Positions 17,814 to 29,680 of a DNA stretch of 64,000 nucleotides are shown here, piece by piece. Position 1 is the first letter of the stretch, and every line of letters begins with the position of its first letter. This stretch comes from Candidatus Eremiobacteria bacterium (lineage in GTDB: Bacteria; Vulcanimicrobiota; Vulcanimicrobiia; Vulcanimicrobiales; Vulcanimicrobiaceae). The position numbers were made by a program, and so were the translations under genes. The notes beneath the pieces are model-generated. The model made no database searches and was not told the DNA's origin. It saw nothing but the letters and a program-made list of their open reading frames with translations. The stretch covers positions 137,898 to 201,897 of the forward strand of contig CAVTRC010000001.1 in assembly GCA_963737065.1 (NCBI GenBank), written 5' to 3'.

Positions 17814-18268
17814 ATCGACGGTTCGCTGTGCCGTGGACTCCAGGTTGATTGCTCCTGCAAAGCTTTGGGCGGTCCGAGAACCTCAGCCGCGATGACGGTA
17901 CGCACCAGGTTCCCTCGTTCGAACATACCACGAAAGCCACCCGTTCCATGCGCAGGCTCCGGCAGGAGCATCGGCGCCGCCATCGCAGGCGGTGGTGCGA
18001 CAACCGGCGGCGCCACCACGCTGGGCGCTTCCGCCGGTGCTGCTTGCGCTTGCTGCACAGCGGGCTGCGTGAACCATTGGCGCTGCGGAACCGGCTGTTG
18101 CGCTCGAGACTGACGTACGGGGACCGCTTCCGCACGACGCGACTGGATTGTCTGTACGGAGCGTCTAGCTTTTCGCGCGTTCGATACGATGCTGCCGATC
18201 CCGCCGATGACGAGCAAGACGATCCAGATGAGCGTCTCCGGATGAATCGCCGCGAGAATCGGCGTCAT
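17810..18268 (-). CDS. hypothetical membrane-anchored protein (N-terminal TM, Q/P/A-rich middle)
   Basis: 152-aa ORF. The TM segment is [16 protein letters not shown]. Start/stop overlaps with floA and phoH. Confidence 0.55.
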   Translation of the reverse strand: MTPILAAIHPETLIWIVLLVIGGIGSIVSNARKARRSVQTIQSRRAEAVPVRQSRAQQPVPQRQWFTQPAVQQAQAAPAEAPSVVAPPVVAPPPAMAAPMLLPEPAHGTGGFRGMFERGNLVRTVIAAEVLGPPKALQEQSTWSPRHSEPSI

Positions 18269-19272
18269 CGAGTACCCGGCGGCTGCGGCGGACTCTCGGG
18301 AGGCTTTTCGCCGTCGACGCCTCCGCCGATCGCATCGCGCATCGTCGTATCGGCCTGAATGTTCTTCAACCGATAGTAATCCATCACGCCCAGATTACCG
18401 CTTTTGAATGCACCCGCAATTGCGAGCGGAATCGCGGCTTCGGCTTCGACGACCCTCGCACGCATTGCTTGTGTCTGCGCCTTCTGCTCTTGTTCCGATG
18501 CGATCGCCGCATATTGACGTTCCGAGGCTTTCGCTTGCGCGATGCGGCGGTCGGCTTCCGCTTGCGACGTCTGCAACTCCGCGCCGATGTTCTTGCCGAC
18601 GTCGACATCCGCGATGTCGATCGATACGATTTCAAAGGCGGTTCCCGCGTCCAGTCCCTTCGTGAGCACCGTCTTCGAGATACGATCCGGGTATTCGAGT
18701 ACTTCTTTGTGATCGATCGCGGCACCGACGGCTGAGACGACGCCTTCACCGACGCGCGCGATAATCGTCTGCTCGCCGGCACCGCCGACGTAGCGGTCGA
18801 GATTGCTGCGCACCGTCACACGCGCCTTGACGTTCAACTGAATGCCGTTTTGGGCGACGCCTTGAAAAACCGGCGTTTCGATCACCTTCGGAACGACGGA
18901 TGTTTGCAAGGCTTCGACGACGTTGCGGCCCGCGAGATCGATCGCTGCCGCGCGCTGCCACTCGAGCGGAATCTGCGCACGCTGCGCGGCGATCATCGCA
19001 AGCGTGACGTTTTCCACGTTACCGCCCGCGAGGTAATGCGACTGCATTTGGTCGACGGTGAGGTCCAAGCCGGCTTTGCGAGCGCGGACGTAGTTGGTAA
19101 CGATAACGCCGGGCGGAATGCGAATCAAGCGCATGCGCAGCAGCGATATGATGCTGAGCGGTACGCCGGCCGCAATCGTGCTGATCCACAGACCGATCGG
19201 AAAATAGTAGAGAAACGTGAAAAAGAGAATGACGGCGACAAAGAAGATTACCGCCGCGCTCACTGCAACCAC
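18265..19272 (-). CDS. floA: flotillin-like protein FloA (YqfA/UPF0365)
   Basis: Near-colinear resemblance to B. subtilis FloA as I recall it ([62 protein letters not shown]). GTG at 19272 follows AGGAAGG; the alternative start is TTG at 19341. Confidence 0.9.
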   Translation of the reverse strand: MVAVSAAVIFFVAVILFFTFLYYFPIGLWISTIAAGVPLSIISLLRMRLIRIPPGVIVTNYVRARKAGLDLTVDQMQSHYLAGGNVENVTLAMIAAQRAQIPLEWQRAAAIDLAGRNVVEALQTSVVPKVIETPVFQGVAQNGIQLNVKARVTVRSNLDRYVGGAGEQTIIARVGEGVVSAVGAAIDHKEVLEYPDRISKTVLTKGLDAGTAFEIVSIDIADVDVGKNIGAELQTSQAEADRRIAQAKASERQYAAIASEQEQKAQTQAMRARVVEAEAAIPLAIAGAFKSGNLGVMDYYRLKNIQADTTMRDAIGGGVDGEKPPESPPQPPGTR

Positions 19273-19345
19273 CGTGTTTCCAACCTTCCTTTTTAGTCCT
19301 GAGCGTAGTCGAAGGGCCTTTTTAGTGCTGAGCCATATCAAAGGC

Positions 19346-20665
19346 TCATTTATAGCTCGGGAGAGTTACGGGCTCCACGAATATGCGCGCACCTTCGACG
19401 CGCGTGACGCGAACCGGCGTCCCTGCCGGAATGAATTCCCCTTCGGTCAACACATCGACACGCCGCCCGTCGATCGACACGATACCCGCGGGACGAAGAT
19501 ACGACGATGCGGTGCCGACCGCACCGCGCAGCGCCGTGAAGTCGGTGCTCGTGACGTAGTCGGGACCTTGCGCGGCGACGAGCGTCAGTTTGTGCATCCA
19601 CGCGTTTTCCGGGAACACCCGGGTGAAGAATGCGAACGCGATGACGGTGAGGATGATTGCCGTCGAAACGCTTTCGATCGCGACGAAGAAAAACGGCACG
19701 CCGAACGCGAGCAGCACCGCTGCCAGTAAGGCAAGTGCGCCGAGTATGCCGGGAGCACCATGTCCGGGCACGACGTGCAATTCCCAGAGAATGCCGATCA
19801 AGCCGAGGAGCGCGAGCGCAATAACCAGCCCATTGGAGAATCCCGCGTACACGTGCGATCCGAAGAACAGCGCGAGTGCGGCAACGCCAACCGTTCCCGC
19901 GATGCCGTGGAGTGTTTGCATCTCGAGGATGAGTCCGAGCGTGCCGAGCGTGAGTAACAGCGTGCTGACGGCCGGGTTGGTCGCGAATCGCGCGAGATCT
20001 TCGGCCCACGTGTACTGCGGCGCGATGCGCGGCGCATCGGCGAGATGCTGTGCTGCAAGCGCTGCATCGAGCGTCGGCGCTTGCGCCTGCGCAATGCCCG
20101 AACGCAACGCATCGGACGTATTGAGCGTGAGGTATTGATTCGTCCCTTTATATTCGGGAACGGAAACGCTCGGATCGACCATCGCAGCCGCAAGCGTGGG
20201 ATTACGGTGCGTACGCTGCGCGGTCGATTCAAAATCCGCTTTCACGGCGGAGACGATTTCGCGGTCTGTCGGATGCGGTTGCGCGGCGCCGATCGATGCT
20301 CCCGGCGCCATGATAAGCGTATTCGATGCGAGTGAAATCAATGCAGCCGATGAATTCGCGCGGCTCGAGATGTACGCGATCACGGGTACTTTCGACGTGT
20401 AGAGCGCGTCCTTGATCGCGAACGCATCCTGTAACAAACCGCCCGTGCTGTTAACGTCGAGCACAAGCGCGCGCGCGTGATCGTCGTTCGCCGTGGCGAC
20501 CGCCCGTTGAACCAAGTGTGCCATGCCGTCGTCGACGACGCCTTTGATCGGAACGATCACAATCGGCGCACCGGTCTCGGCGGCGCGCGCAAACGCGCCG
20601 AGCCCGTAACCGGTCAGGCCGAACCCGACCAGCGCGAGTGCGACCCAAGCGCGTAGAGTCCTCAT
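19346..20665 (-). CDS. NfeD-family membrane-bound serine protease (ClpP-class)
   Basis: Signal/TM segment, then a ClpP-like domain ([10 protein letters not shown]...), multiple TM helices and a C-terminal NfeD OB domain ([21 protein letters not shown]). Directly upstream of floA, as in the known nfeD-floA pairs. Confidence 0.85.
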   Translation of the reverse strand: MRTLRAWVALALVGFGLTGYGLGAFARAAETGAPIVIVPIKGVVDDGMAHLVQRAVATANDDHARALVLDVNSTGGLLQDAFAIKDALYTSKVPVIAYISSRANSSAALISLASNTLIMAPGASIGAAQPHPTDREIVSAVKADFESTAQRTHRNPTLAAAMVDPSVSVPEYKGTNQYLTLNTSDALRSGIAQAQAPTLDAALAAQHLADAPRIAPQYTWAEDLARFATNPAVSTLLLTLGTLGLILEMQTLHGIAGTVGVAALALFFGSHVYAGFSNGLVIALALLGLIGILWELHVVPGHGAPGILGALALLAAVLLAFGVPFFFVAIESVSTAIILTVIAFAFFTRVFPENAWMHKLTLVAAQGPDYVTSTDFTALRGAVGTASSYLRPAGIVSIDGRRVDVLTEGEFIPAGTPVRVTRVEGARIFVEPVTLPSYK

Positions 20666-20723
20666 ATTTCGTGCTACCTTCGGCGCATCTGAAGGTTGCA
20701 ACCTCGATGCAAACGAGCCCGGC

Positions 20724-21167
20724 TTAGCCGAGCTCTTGTTTCACGATCTCGCTGATCAGCTTGCCGTCTGCGACGCCGCGAAGTTGTGCGATCGCCGCTT
20801 TCATGACGGAACCTTGGTTGACGGCCCCGTCGGGCAGTTCCGCAATAATCGTTTTGACCGTCGCCCGCACCTCGTCCGGCGATTTCTGTGCCGGCAAGTA
20901 CACCAACAAAATGTCTCGCTCCGCGCGTTCTTTGTCGGCCAGATCTTGACGGCGCGCTTTCTCAAACTCGGCGAGCGAGTCGTTCCGTTGCTTTACGAGC
21001 TTCTGCACGACGACGAGCTCATCGGCATCCGAAAGTTCACTGCCGGCTTCCGTCCGCTTGTACGTAAAGCCGGAAAGCGCTGAACGGAGCGTATCGAGGC
21101 GGATTTGGTCGCGTGCCTTCATCGCCTCCTTGAGATCGGAGGAAATGCGGTCTTTCAACGCACCCAT
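20724..21167 (-). CDS. GatB/YqeY domain protein
   Basis: LKDRISSDLKEAMKARD...LVKQRNDSLAEF...VMKAAIAQLRGVADGKLISEIVKQEL is the typical YqeY pattern. Confidence 0.85.
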   Translation of the reverse strand: MGALKDRISSDLKEAMKARDQIRLDTLRSALSGFTYKRTEAGSELSDADELVVVQKLVKQRNDSLAEFEKARRQDLADKERAERDILLVYLPAQKSPDEVRATVKTIIAELPDGAVNQGSVMKAAIAQLRGVADGKLISEIVKQELG

Positions 21168-21170
21168 GAA

Positions 21171-21341
21171 CTACGCGCGGCGTTTGCGAGCCGCCGCGGA
21201 TTTCTTCTTGCGGCGCACGCTGGGTTTCTCGTAGTGTTCGTGCTTGCGCGCCTCGGCGAGAATCCCCGCCTTTTGGGTGGCCTTTTTGAAACGGCGCAGC
21301 GCGCTTTCGATCGATTCGCCTGGAGCTACGCGAACTTCCAT
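21171..21341 (-). CDS. rpsU: 30S ribosomal protein S21
   Basis: [46 protein letters not shown]. Start at the internal Met of ORF 21171-21383. Confidence 0.9.
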   Translation of the reverse strand: MEVRVAPGESIESALRRFKKATQKAGILAEARKHEHYEKPSVRRKKKSAAARKRRA

Positions 21342-21381
21342 CGTTATATTGACCCCCCTTTCGCGCCATGCGAAGCACGGC

Positions 21382-21413
21382 AAAAAATTCTACCGGGCTC
21401 GGGGAGCCCGGTA
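21382..21413 (-). terminator. Rho-independent terminator after the HIT gene
   Basis: Perfect 10-bp stem TACCGGGCTC-(3 nt)-GAGCCCGGTA at 21391-21413. On the minus strand it is followed by AGAATTTTTTG. Confidence 0.65.
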
Positions 21414-21429
21414 CCTGCCGTACTCTATC

Positions 21430-21768
21430 TTATCCCGGCGGCCATGTCAAATGACGCCCAGCGAGCACGTGCACGTGCGCGTGATCGACGGTCTGCCCAC
21501 CATCCGGTCCAGTATTGACGACGAGCCGATAGCCGTTGCTTGCGCGTTCGCGTGCAAGCCGCGCGGCCGTCGCAATCAGTTTTCCGATCAACGCAGCATC
21601 GCTCTCCGGCGAGAATTCTCCAATGTTGGCAATGTGGCGAACGGGCATGACGAGCAGATGCGTCGGCGCCTGCGGGTGTACATCGGCGATCGCGATGACG
21701 TCGCCGTCACGATAGAGCGTCTCTGCCGGAATTTCGCCCGCAATGATTTTGCAAAAAATGCAATCCAC
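21430..21768 (-). CDS. HIT-family (histidine triad) nucleotide-binding protein
   Basis: CIFCKIIAGEIP...GQTVDHAHVHVLAG (the HxHxHxx motif). GTG start at 21768 preceded by AGGAG. Confidence 0.9.
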   Translation of the reverse strand: MDCIFCKIIAGEIPAETLYRDGDVIAIADVHPQAPTHLLVMPVRHIANIGEFSPESDAALIGKLIATAARLARERASNGYRLVVNTGPDGGQTVDHAHVHVLAGRHLTWPPG

Positions 21769-21778
21769 TCGCTCGCTC

Positions 21779-23305
21779 CTATTTGATGACGAACGTCCAG
21801 GACTTGGTGGTGGTATTCCCGGCCCGGTCGCCGACACGCACGGTGACGCGTATTTGTCCCGCGGGATACGTGTACTCGGGCATATATTGCACGTAACGCT
21901 CGGTGCGCACGGTGTTGGCCGTAACGTCGCGTCCGTTCACCCAAAGAATGATGCTGGAGGGATTCACGGGCACCGCTTCCGTTGCGAACGTGGCATAGAT
22001 TGCGGGGCGGTTCGTGTTCACGACGGCATTTTGGTCGGGCGCAAAATCGTTGATCCCCGGGGGACTGCCGGCAACGGAAAGCGTACGCGGAGCCTGCGCG
22101 TCGGGCGCATCGGAATCGTCAACGCGTAAGTGCGCGATAATGGGAACGTCGCTGAAATTCGCGGCGCGCGGCAGACTATACGTGCCGACGTATATTCCCG
22201 GACTGCGCTCGGCCATCGAAACGTTCGTCACATACGGCCCGATGTCGAACGTCGCCGCGCCGCGCGGCGTGCCGTGCACCGTGACGGTGATGGAGTCGCC
22301 GGCTTTCAACGGATGGTTCGCATCCAGATCGACGCTGGATATCGACGGCCCGGACGTCGTCGCTTGCGTCGCGGCAACGTTACGGCTGAGCAGGATTGAG
22401 CGCACTTCATTGGTCTCGATGTTATACCGCACGCTCGCCATGTCGCCGACTCGTACGTCCGACATTTGCGCTGGCTTGCCGTTGACCGAGACCTGCGTCG
22501 TGCGCGACGGCGCGACGACGTGGCCGTCGGTCAAAACGAAGCGATCGGCGGTCGCTGCAGCCACCGCGCCGTAGTACGAACCGAACGCGTCCTCTACGCG
22601 CATCACGTGGCCGTTCTTATCGATGTAGAGCCGTGCGAAGTCGCCGGGACGCACGTCGCCGAGCTCACCCGGACCCGTGACGTTCGCGTTCACGTCGTGC
22701 ATTTCCACGACCGCATTGCGCGTGATCGGAATCGTTTTCACGGTCGCATTCGACGCGAGCGTAACGGTCGGCGGATCGGAGTTGACGTCGATCGCGGAGA
22801 CCGTACCGAAGCGTTCGGTCTGATTGCCGTGCTGCACCACACCGGCATTGCTGCGCCCAACGAGTTCGGCATCGATTGAAACCGTGCTGGTGCGGCGATC
22901 GTACGTCGCTTGCGCGCCGAGCACATCCGTGAAGAAGCGCAACGGCGCATAGAGGACGTATTTGATCTCTACCGGCGCGGCGTCGAGTACTAAGGTCGAC
23001 GTCCCGTTATGCGCGAGCGTGCTGCCCAGCGTCAGCGAGACGACGTTTGCACCGACTTCCGTCCAAATCAATTTTCCGGAACGATTGAACTGCAGTCCGA
23101 GCGCCTCGATCGTGCGGCGTACCGGGACGAATAGGCGCCCGTTGATAAACTTGGGCGGTGGCTCGAGAGGCAGGCGCGCATTGTTGATGACGATCGAAAT
23201 GCCCGGCGGCGGCGTCGGTGTGGCCTTCGGCATCGGTTTTGCCGGCGGCGCCGCGCCGGTGAGCGCGATCGCTAAAACGAGCGCAAGGGCGCGGGTCGCC
23301 TTCAC
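21779..23305 (-). CDS. secreted protein with copper-amine-oxidase N-terminal ('stalk') domain followed by several beta-sandwich-like repeats
   Basis: Signal peptide. NGRLFVPVRRTIEALGLQF is the typical stalk-domain motif. GTG start at 23305 overlaps the upstream TGA (GTGA) and follows GGAGGG. Confidence 0.65.
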   Translation of the reverse strand: MKATRALALVLAIALTGAAPPAKPMPKATPTPPPGISIVINNARLPLEPPPKFINGRLFVPVRRTIEALGLQFNRSGKLIWTEVGANVVSLTLGSTLAHNGTSTLVLDAAPVEIKYVLYAPLRFFTDVLGAQATYDRRTSTVSIDAELVGRSNAGVVQHGNQTERFGTVSAIDVNSDPPTVTLASNATVKTIPITRNAVVEMHDVNANVTGPGELGDVRPGDFARLYIDKNGHVMRVEDAFGSYYGAVAAATADRFVLTDGHVVAPSRTTQVSVNGKPAQMSDVRVGDMASVRYNIETNEVRSILLSRNVAATQATTSGPSISSVDLDANHPLKAGDSITVTVHGTPRGAATFDIGPYVTNVSMAERSPGIYVGTYSLPRAANFSDVPIIAHLRVDDSDAPDAQAPRTLSVAGSPPGINDFAPDQNAVVNTNRPAIYATFATEAVPVNPSSIILWVNGRDVTANTVRTERYVQYMPEYTYPAGQIRVTVRVGDRAGNTTTKSWTFVIK

Positions 23306-24323
23306 TTTCCCTCCAGCACTTCGGCGTACACGTCGGCAGTTGCACGCGCCGTACGATCCCACGTTAGCGTTCGCACTACGCTAGCCCCGCGTTCGACGAG
23401 ATCGCGCCGGACGCTTTCATCCTCGAACACGCGGCGCATATGATGTGCAGCGGCTTCCGCGTCCCCGACGGCAAACTGCAGCGAGACGTTCGAAAGCGGC
23501 TCCGGAATGGACTCGTCGGTTGCAATAACCGGGCACCCGGATACGATCGCCTCCACGAACGGCAATCCAAAGCCCTCGAGCATCGCCGGATGCACGAGCG
23601 CGATCGCGCCGGCATAATACGACGCGAGCGCGTCATCGGTGACATTGCCGAGCGCGATTGCCTTGCGCCGCGCGGTGGAGTACCGCTGTAACTCGCCGTT
23701 CAAATCATCCGGGCCCGTCAAGTACAAATCAGCGTCGTACTGCGGCGGAAGCGAGGCCCAGGCGCGCAGGAGCGTCGGGATGTCTTTGTGCTTGCGATGG
23801 TTTCCGACGTTGAGAAAATAGGGCCGCTCGCCGCGAAATGGTTGTGCGCGATTGAAGAACCGCTCGCGCGGCGCGAGCGGCACGACGCGAACCTTTGCCG
23901 GATCGACGTTGAAGTAGTGAACGAGGTCGGCGACCGTTCGACGATCGGACGTAATGATGCGCGCGGCTTTGCGGCACGCGCGCTTCACGACACTGTTGTA
24001 GTACGGGCCGATGTAGCTCCGAAAGAACTGCACGAAGCGTAAATGAATCAAATCGTGAATCGTGAAGACGAAGCGGCCGTCCGCAAGCGCCGGCACATAG
24101 TGCGCCATGAAGTGCGCGAGCTCGATACGATCTCGCCACATTTCGAGCGGCAATACCACCTGCTCGGCAATGCCGAGGTTCTCGCCCTTCGTATACCTGA
24201 TGTACTCGAACTCGGGCGCCACGCGCGGCAACCGGGAAGCAACCTCGCGAATATAGGTCGCCATTCCAACCGAAACGCGCCGCCCGCAGCGCACATCAAG
24301 ACCGACCTTACGGCGCAGCTGCG

Positions 24324-24327
<4 letters not shown>
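23302..24327 (-). CDS. GT4-family glycosyltransferase
   Basis: C-terminal ALVHPAMLEGFGLPFVEAIVSGCPVIATD (EX7E-type GT-B motif). ATGA overlap with the upstream GT2 gene. Confidence 0.8.
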
Positions 24328-26749
<2,422 letters not shown>

Positions 26750-27586
26750 TTATGCCCGGTTTCGTACCTTGACGTACCGCCCTCGGTGGCCGTAATCCTT
26801 ACCGATCGTGACCTCGGCTTGCGGGAAAGCCGCACGGGCGAGGGTTGCGAGCTCGGCGATGACCGGCGGTGCCGCTTCCATTAATAGAAGGCCGTCCGAC
26901 GCCAGCAGCAGGGGCGCGTGCTGGAGAAGGCCGCGGTATCGCTCGAGCCCGTCGGGTCCGCCATCGAGCGCGATACGCGGTTCGAAGCTCACGGGGTCCG
27001 GCGCCGGCGCAATATCGTCCGTTGGAACGTAGGGCAAGTTCGCGACGATCACGTCGTAGAACGGACGCAAGGCCGGCGTCGATGCGTCACCGAGGAAAAC
27101 CGCGAGCCGTTCTTCGATACCGAGGCGGCCTGCATTCGCCGTCGCGACGGCGAGCGCATCGGCTGAGACGTCGACCGCATCTACGCGCACGTTGTTCCCC
27201 GCCGCCGCGAGAATCGAGCACGCGATCGCGCCGCTGCCGGTTCCTACGTCGAGCACTCGCGAACGCGCTTTCCCTCCGATGAATTCCAGCGCTTCATCGA
27301 CAAGATGCTCGGTTTCCGGACGGGGCACCAGCACGCGATCGTTGACGACGAACGAATGACCGTGAAATCCAACGCTGCCAAGAATATACGCTAACGGTTC
27401 GCCGCAAGCGCGCCGCGCGGCGTATTCGCGCGCCTGTCGGCGCATCTTCGCGCTGACTTCAGCTTCACCGAACGCGCGAAGCCACGCTTCCGGCCGTCGC
27501 ATGAGATGCGAAAGAATCCGCTCGACATCCAAGGCGTCAACGCCCGTCTCCGACACGAGCAATCCGCGCAATTCTTCGACGGTCAC
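26750..27586 (-). CDS. prmC: release-factor glutamine N5-methyltransferase PrmC (HemK)
   Basis: VLDVGTGSGAIA (SAM motif), and IVANLPYVP in place of the usual NPPY. Directly downstream of prfA, as is usual. Confidence 0.85.
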   Translation of the reverse strand: MTVEELRGLLVSETGVDALDVERILSHLMRRPEAWLRAFGEAEVSAKMRRQAREYAARRACGEPLAYILGSVGFHGHSFVVNDRVLVPRPETEHLVDEALEFIGGKARSRVLDVGTGSGAIACSILAAAGNNVRVDAVDVSADALAVATANAGRLGIEERLAVFLGDASTPALRPFYDVIVANLPYVPTDDIAPAPDPVSFEPRIALDGGPDGLERYRGLLQHAPLLLASDGLLLMEAAPPVIAELATLARAAFPQAEVTIGKDYGHRGRYVKVRNRA

Positions 27587-27600
27587 CGGTACATTCGAAC

Positions 27601-28728
27601 CTATACGGGTTGCGCTTCACCGGCCAAGAGTCGCGCTTGTTCGTCTTTCAACAAATCTCCGACGATCGAATCGATCGCGCCATCCATGATGCCCCGGATG
27701 TTGCCGTAGTTTTCGTTGATGCGGTGATCGGTGACGCGGTCTTGCGGGAAATTATACGTACGAATCTTCTCCGAACGATCGCCCGTGCCCACTTGGCTTC
27801 GGCGCAGCGATCCCATCGCTTCATCTTTTTCGCGTTGTTGCCGCTCGTAGAGCATCGCACGCAGCATCTGCATTGCCTTCTCGCGGTTCTGCGTTTGCGA
27901 ACGCTCTTGTTGCGAGGCGACGATGATGCCCGATGGAACGTGCGTAATACGAATCGCTGATTCCGTCTTGTTGACGTACTGGCCGCCGGCGCCGGACGCT
28001 TTATACGTATCGATCTGCAAATCCGAGGCCTTGATGTCGATGTCGACGTCTTCGTCGACTTCCGGCAACACCGCGACCGTCGCAGTCGATGTGTGGACTC
28101 GCCCTTGCGCCTCGGTTGCGGGAACGCGCTGCACGCGATGAACGCCCGATTCGTGCTTGAAATAGCGGTACGGCGATTCACCGCGCACGCCGAAGACGAT
28201 CTCCTTGTAGCCGCCGGCGTCGCTCTCGTTTTCGGAGACGAGTTCGACTCGCATGCCGTGCGATTCGGCATATCGCATGTACATGCGCGCGAGATCGCCA
28301 GCAAAGATTGCAGCCTCGTCGCCGCCCGCACCCGCGCGAATTTCGACGAAGACGTCTTTGTTGTCGTTGGGATCCTTGGGAATCATCAACACGTGCAGTT
28401 GGTCTTCGAGCTCGTCACGGCGCGCGCGCAGTTCCTCTGCCTCTTCTTCGGCGAGTTCGCGCAGCTCGAGGTCGTCGCTCGTCTCGCGCAGCAGCGCTTC
28501 GTTCGCGCGCAAGCCGTCGAGCGTTGTACGATAGCGGCGATACGCGTTAACCGTCTCTTCCAACTGCGCGCGCTCCTTCACGAGCGCGGTGTACCGTGCC
28601 TGATCGAAAACTTGTCCTGAGCCCGTCGAAGGGCCGCCGGCGGGGTTAGCCAAACTTGCTTCGATTTCATCGAAGCGTCGAACGGTGGAATCGAGTCGTG
28701 CGAGCACACTTCGTGTTAATTCAGCCAT
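27601..28728 (-). CDS. prfA: peptide chain release factor 1
   Basis: PATE(A)QGR (the PxT-type tripeptide region), SGAGGQYVNKTESAIRITH (GGQ), and YNFPQDRVTDHR. Confidence 0.95.
   Translation of the reverse strand: MAELTRSVLARLDSTVRRFDEIEASLANPAGGPSTGSGQVFDQARYTALVKERAQLEETVNAYRRYRTTLDGLRANEALLRETSDDLELRELAEEEAEELRARRDELEDQLHVLMIPKDPNDNKDVFVEIRAGAGGDEAAIFAGDLARMYMRYAESHGMRVELVSENESDAGGYKEIVFGVRGESPYRYFKHESGVHRVQRVPATEAQGRVHTSTATVAVLPEVDEDVDIDIKASDLQIDTYKASGAGGQYVNKTESAIRITHVPSGIIVASQQERSQTQNREKAMQMLRAMLYERQQREKDEAMGSLRRSQVGTGDRSEKIRTYNFPQDRVTDHRINENYGNIRGIMDGAIDSIVGDLLKDEQARLLAGEAQPV
28612..28640. repeat. copy (a) of a short dispersed repeat (core CTGTCCTGAGCCTGTCGAAGG), inside prfA
   Basis: TTGTCCTGAGCCCGTCGAAGG matches the copies at 45538-45564 and 62925-62950 in the same orientation. 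Confidence 0.7.
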
Positions 28729-28744
28729 ATGCGTTTCACCGGGT

Positions 28745-28784
28745 TAAGAGCAAAGAAAAGACGAGCCGCAAGCACGGCTCGTCT
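28745..28784 (-). terminator. Rho-independent terminator after rpmE
   Basis: Stem AGACGAGCCG / CGGCTCGTCT at 28759-28784. On the minus strand it is followed by TTTTCTTTGCTCTT. Confidence 0.65.
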
Positions 28785-28803
28785 CAAAGATATCTCCGGG
28801 CAG

Positions 28804-29076
28804 CTACGCTTCCGTTGCGGCCTTCTTCGCCTCTTTGGCGGCCTTGCGCGACGCAGCTTCCTGTTGCTTCTTCTCGGCCGCCGCGGCACGTTGGTTGAAC
28901 TTGTCAACGCGTCCCGCGGTGTCGACGAGCTTCTGCTGGCCCGTGAAGAGCGGATGGCACGCGGAGCAAATTTCGACCGCGATCTCTTTCATCGTCGAGC
29001 CGGTCGTGAACGTATTGCCGCAGGCACAGTGAACGCGCGCCTCGGGGTACCAGTTTGGGTGAGTCTTCTCTTTCAC
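28804..29076 (-). CDS. rpmE: 50S ribosomal protein L31 (Zn-binding type A) with K/A/E-rich C-terminal extension
   Basis: [23 protein letters not shown]...[26 protein letters not shown]. Confidence 0.9.
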   Translation of the reverse strand: MKEKTHPNWYPEARVHCACGNTFTTGSTMKEIAVEICSACHPLFTGQQKLVDTAGRVDKFNQRAAAAEKKQQEAASRKAAKEAKKAATEA

Positions 29077-29176
29077 AGCCCCATGATTATAGCAGGGGTG
29101 TCAAAGCGACTTCGGTAGACGAGACGGCGCGACTCCGGCAAGCGTTATTAAGGTAAGCCAACCTCGGGAGGGATGA

Positions 29177-29680
29177 ATGAAGAGACTGTTCCTCGCCGGA
29201 CTCGTCATCGGAGCGGGAGTGAGCGCTGCGATCGTCGCTTTCGGGGCGGCGCAGCCGGACGGCGCGATCATTCGCAACTCGGGATCGACGAACACGGCGG
29301 CGTACAACATCAAGATCTGGTCCGACGGACGCGGCGAGATCGTCATGGGCCGCATGGGGGGCGCCGGTAAAAGCTTCACGGTCGACTCGTCGCTCGCGAA
29401 GAGCTTCTTCGACAACCTGAAAGCCGCGCGCGACGATCCCGGCACGCCGGGCCGGTGCATGAAGAGCGCGTCGTTCGGTACAGCTACGACCGTGCAGTGG
29501 CACGGCTGGAACTCGTTCGACCTGCAATGCCCACCGTGGTCACAGCCGGTTCGAGCGCTGGCTTCCGACGTACGAGCAATTCAGGCCGCTGCGAATATCG
29601 ACACAGGTCTCCATCGCATTCCATTGCCGCGCGAGCCTCGGATGATTCCGTCAACCGCTCCCGAAATTTCGCCAACGTGA
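29177..29680 (+). CDS. hypothetical secreted protein
   Basis: ATG preceded by GGGAGGG. The N-terminal segment is hydrophobic and signal-like. Confidence 0.55.
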   Translation: MKRLFLAGLVIGAGVSAAIVAFGAAQPDGAIIRNSGSTNTAAYNIKIWSDGRGEIVMGRMGGAGKSFTVDSSLAKSFFDNLKAARDDPGTPGRCMKSASFGTATTVQWHGWNSFDLQCPPWSQPVRALASDVRAIQAAANIDTGLHRIPLPREPRMIPSTAPEISPT

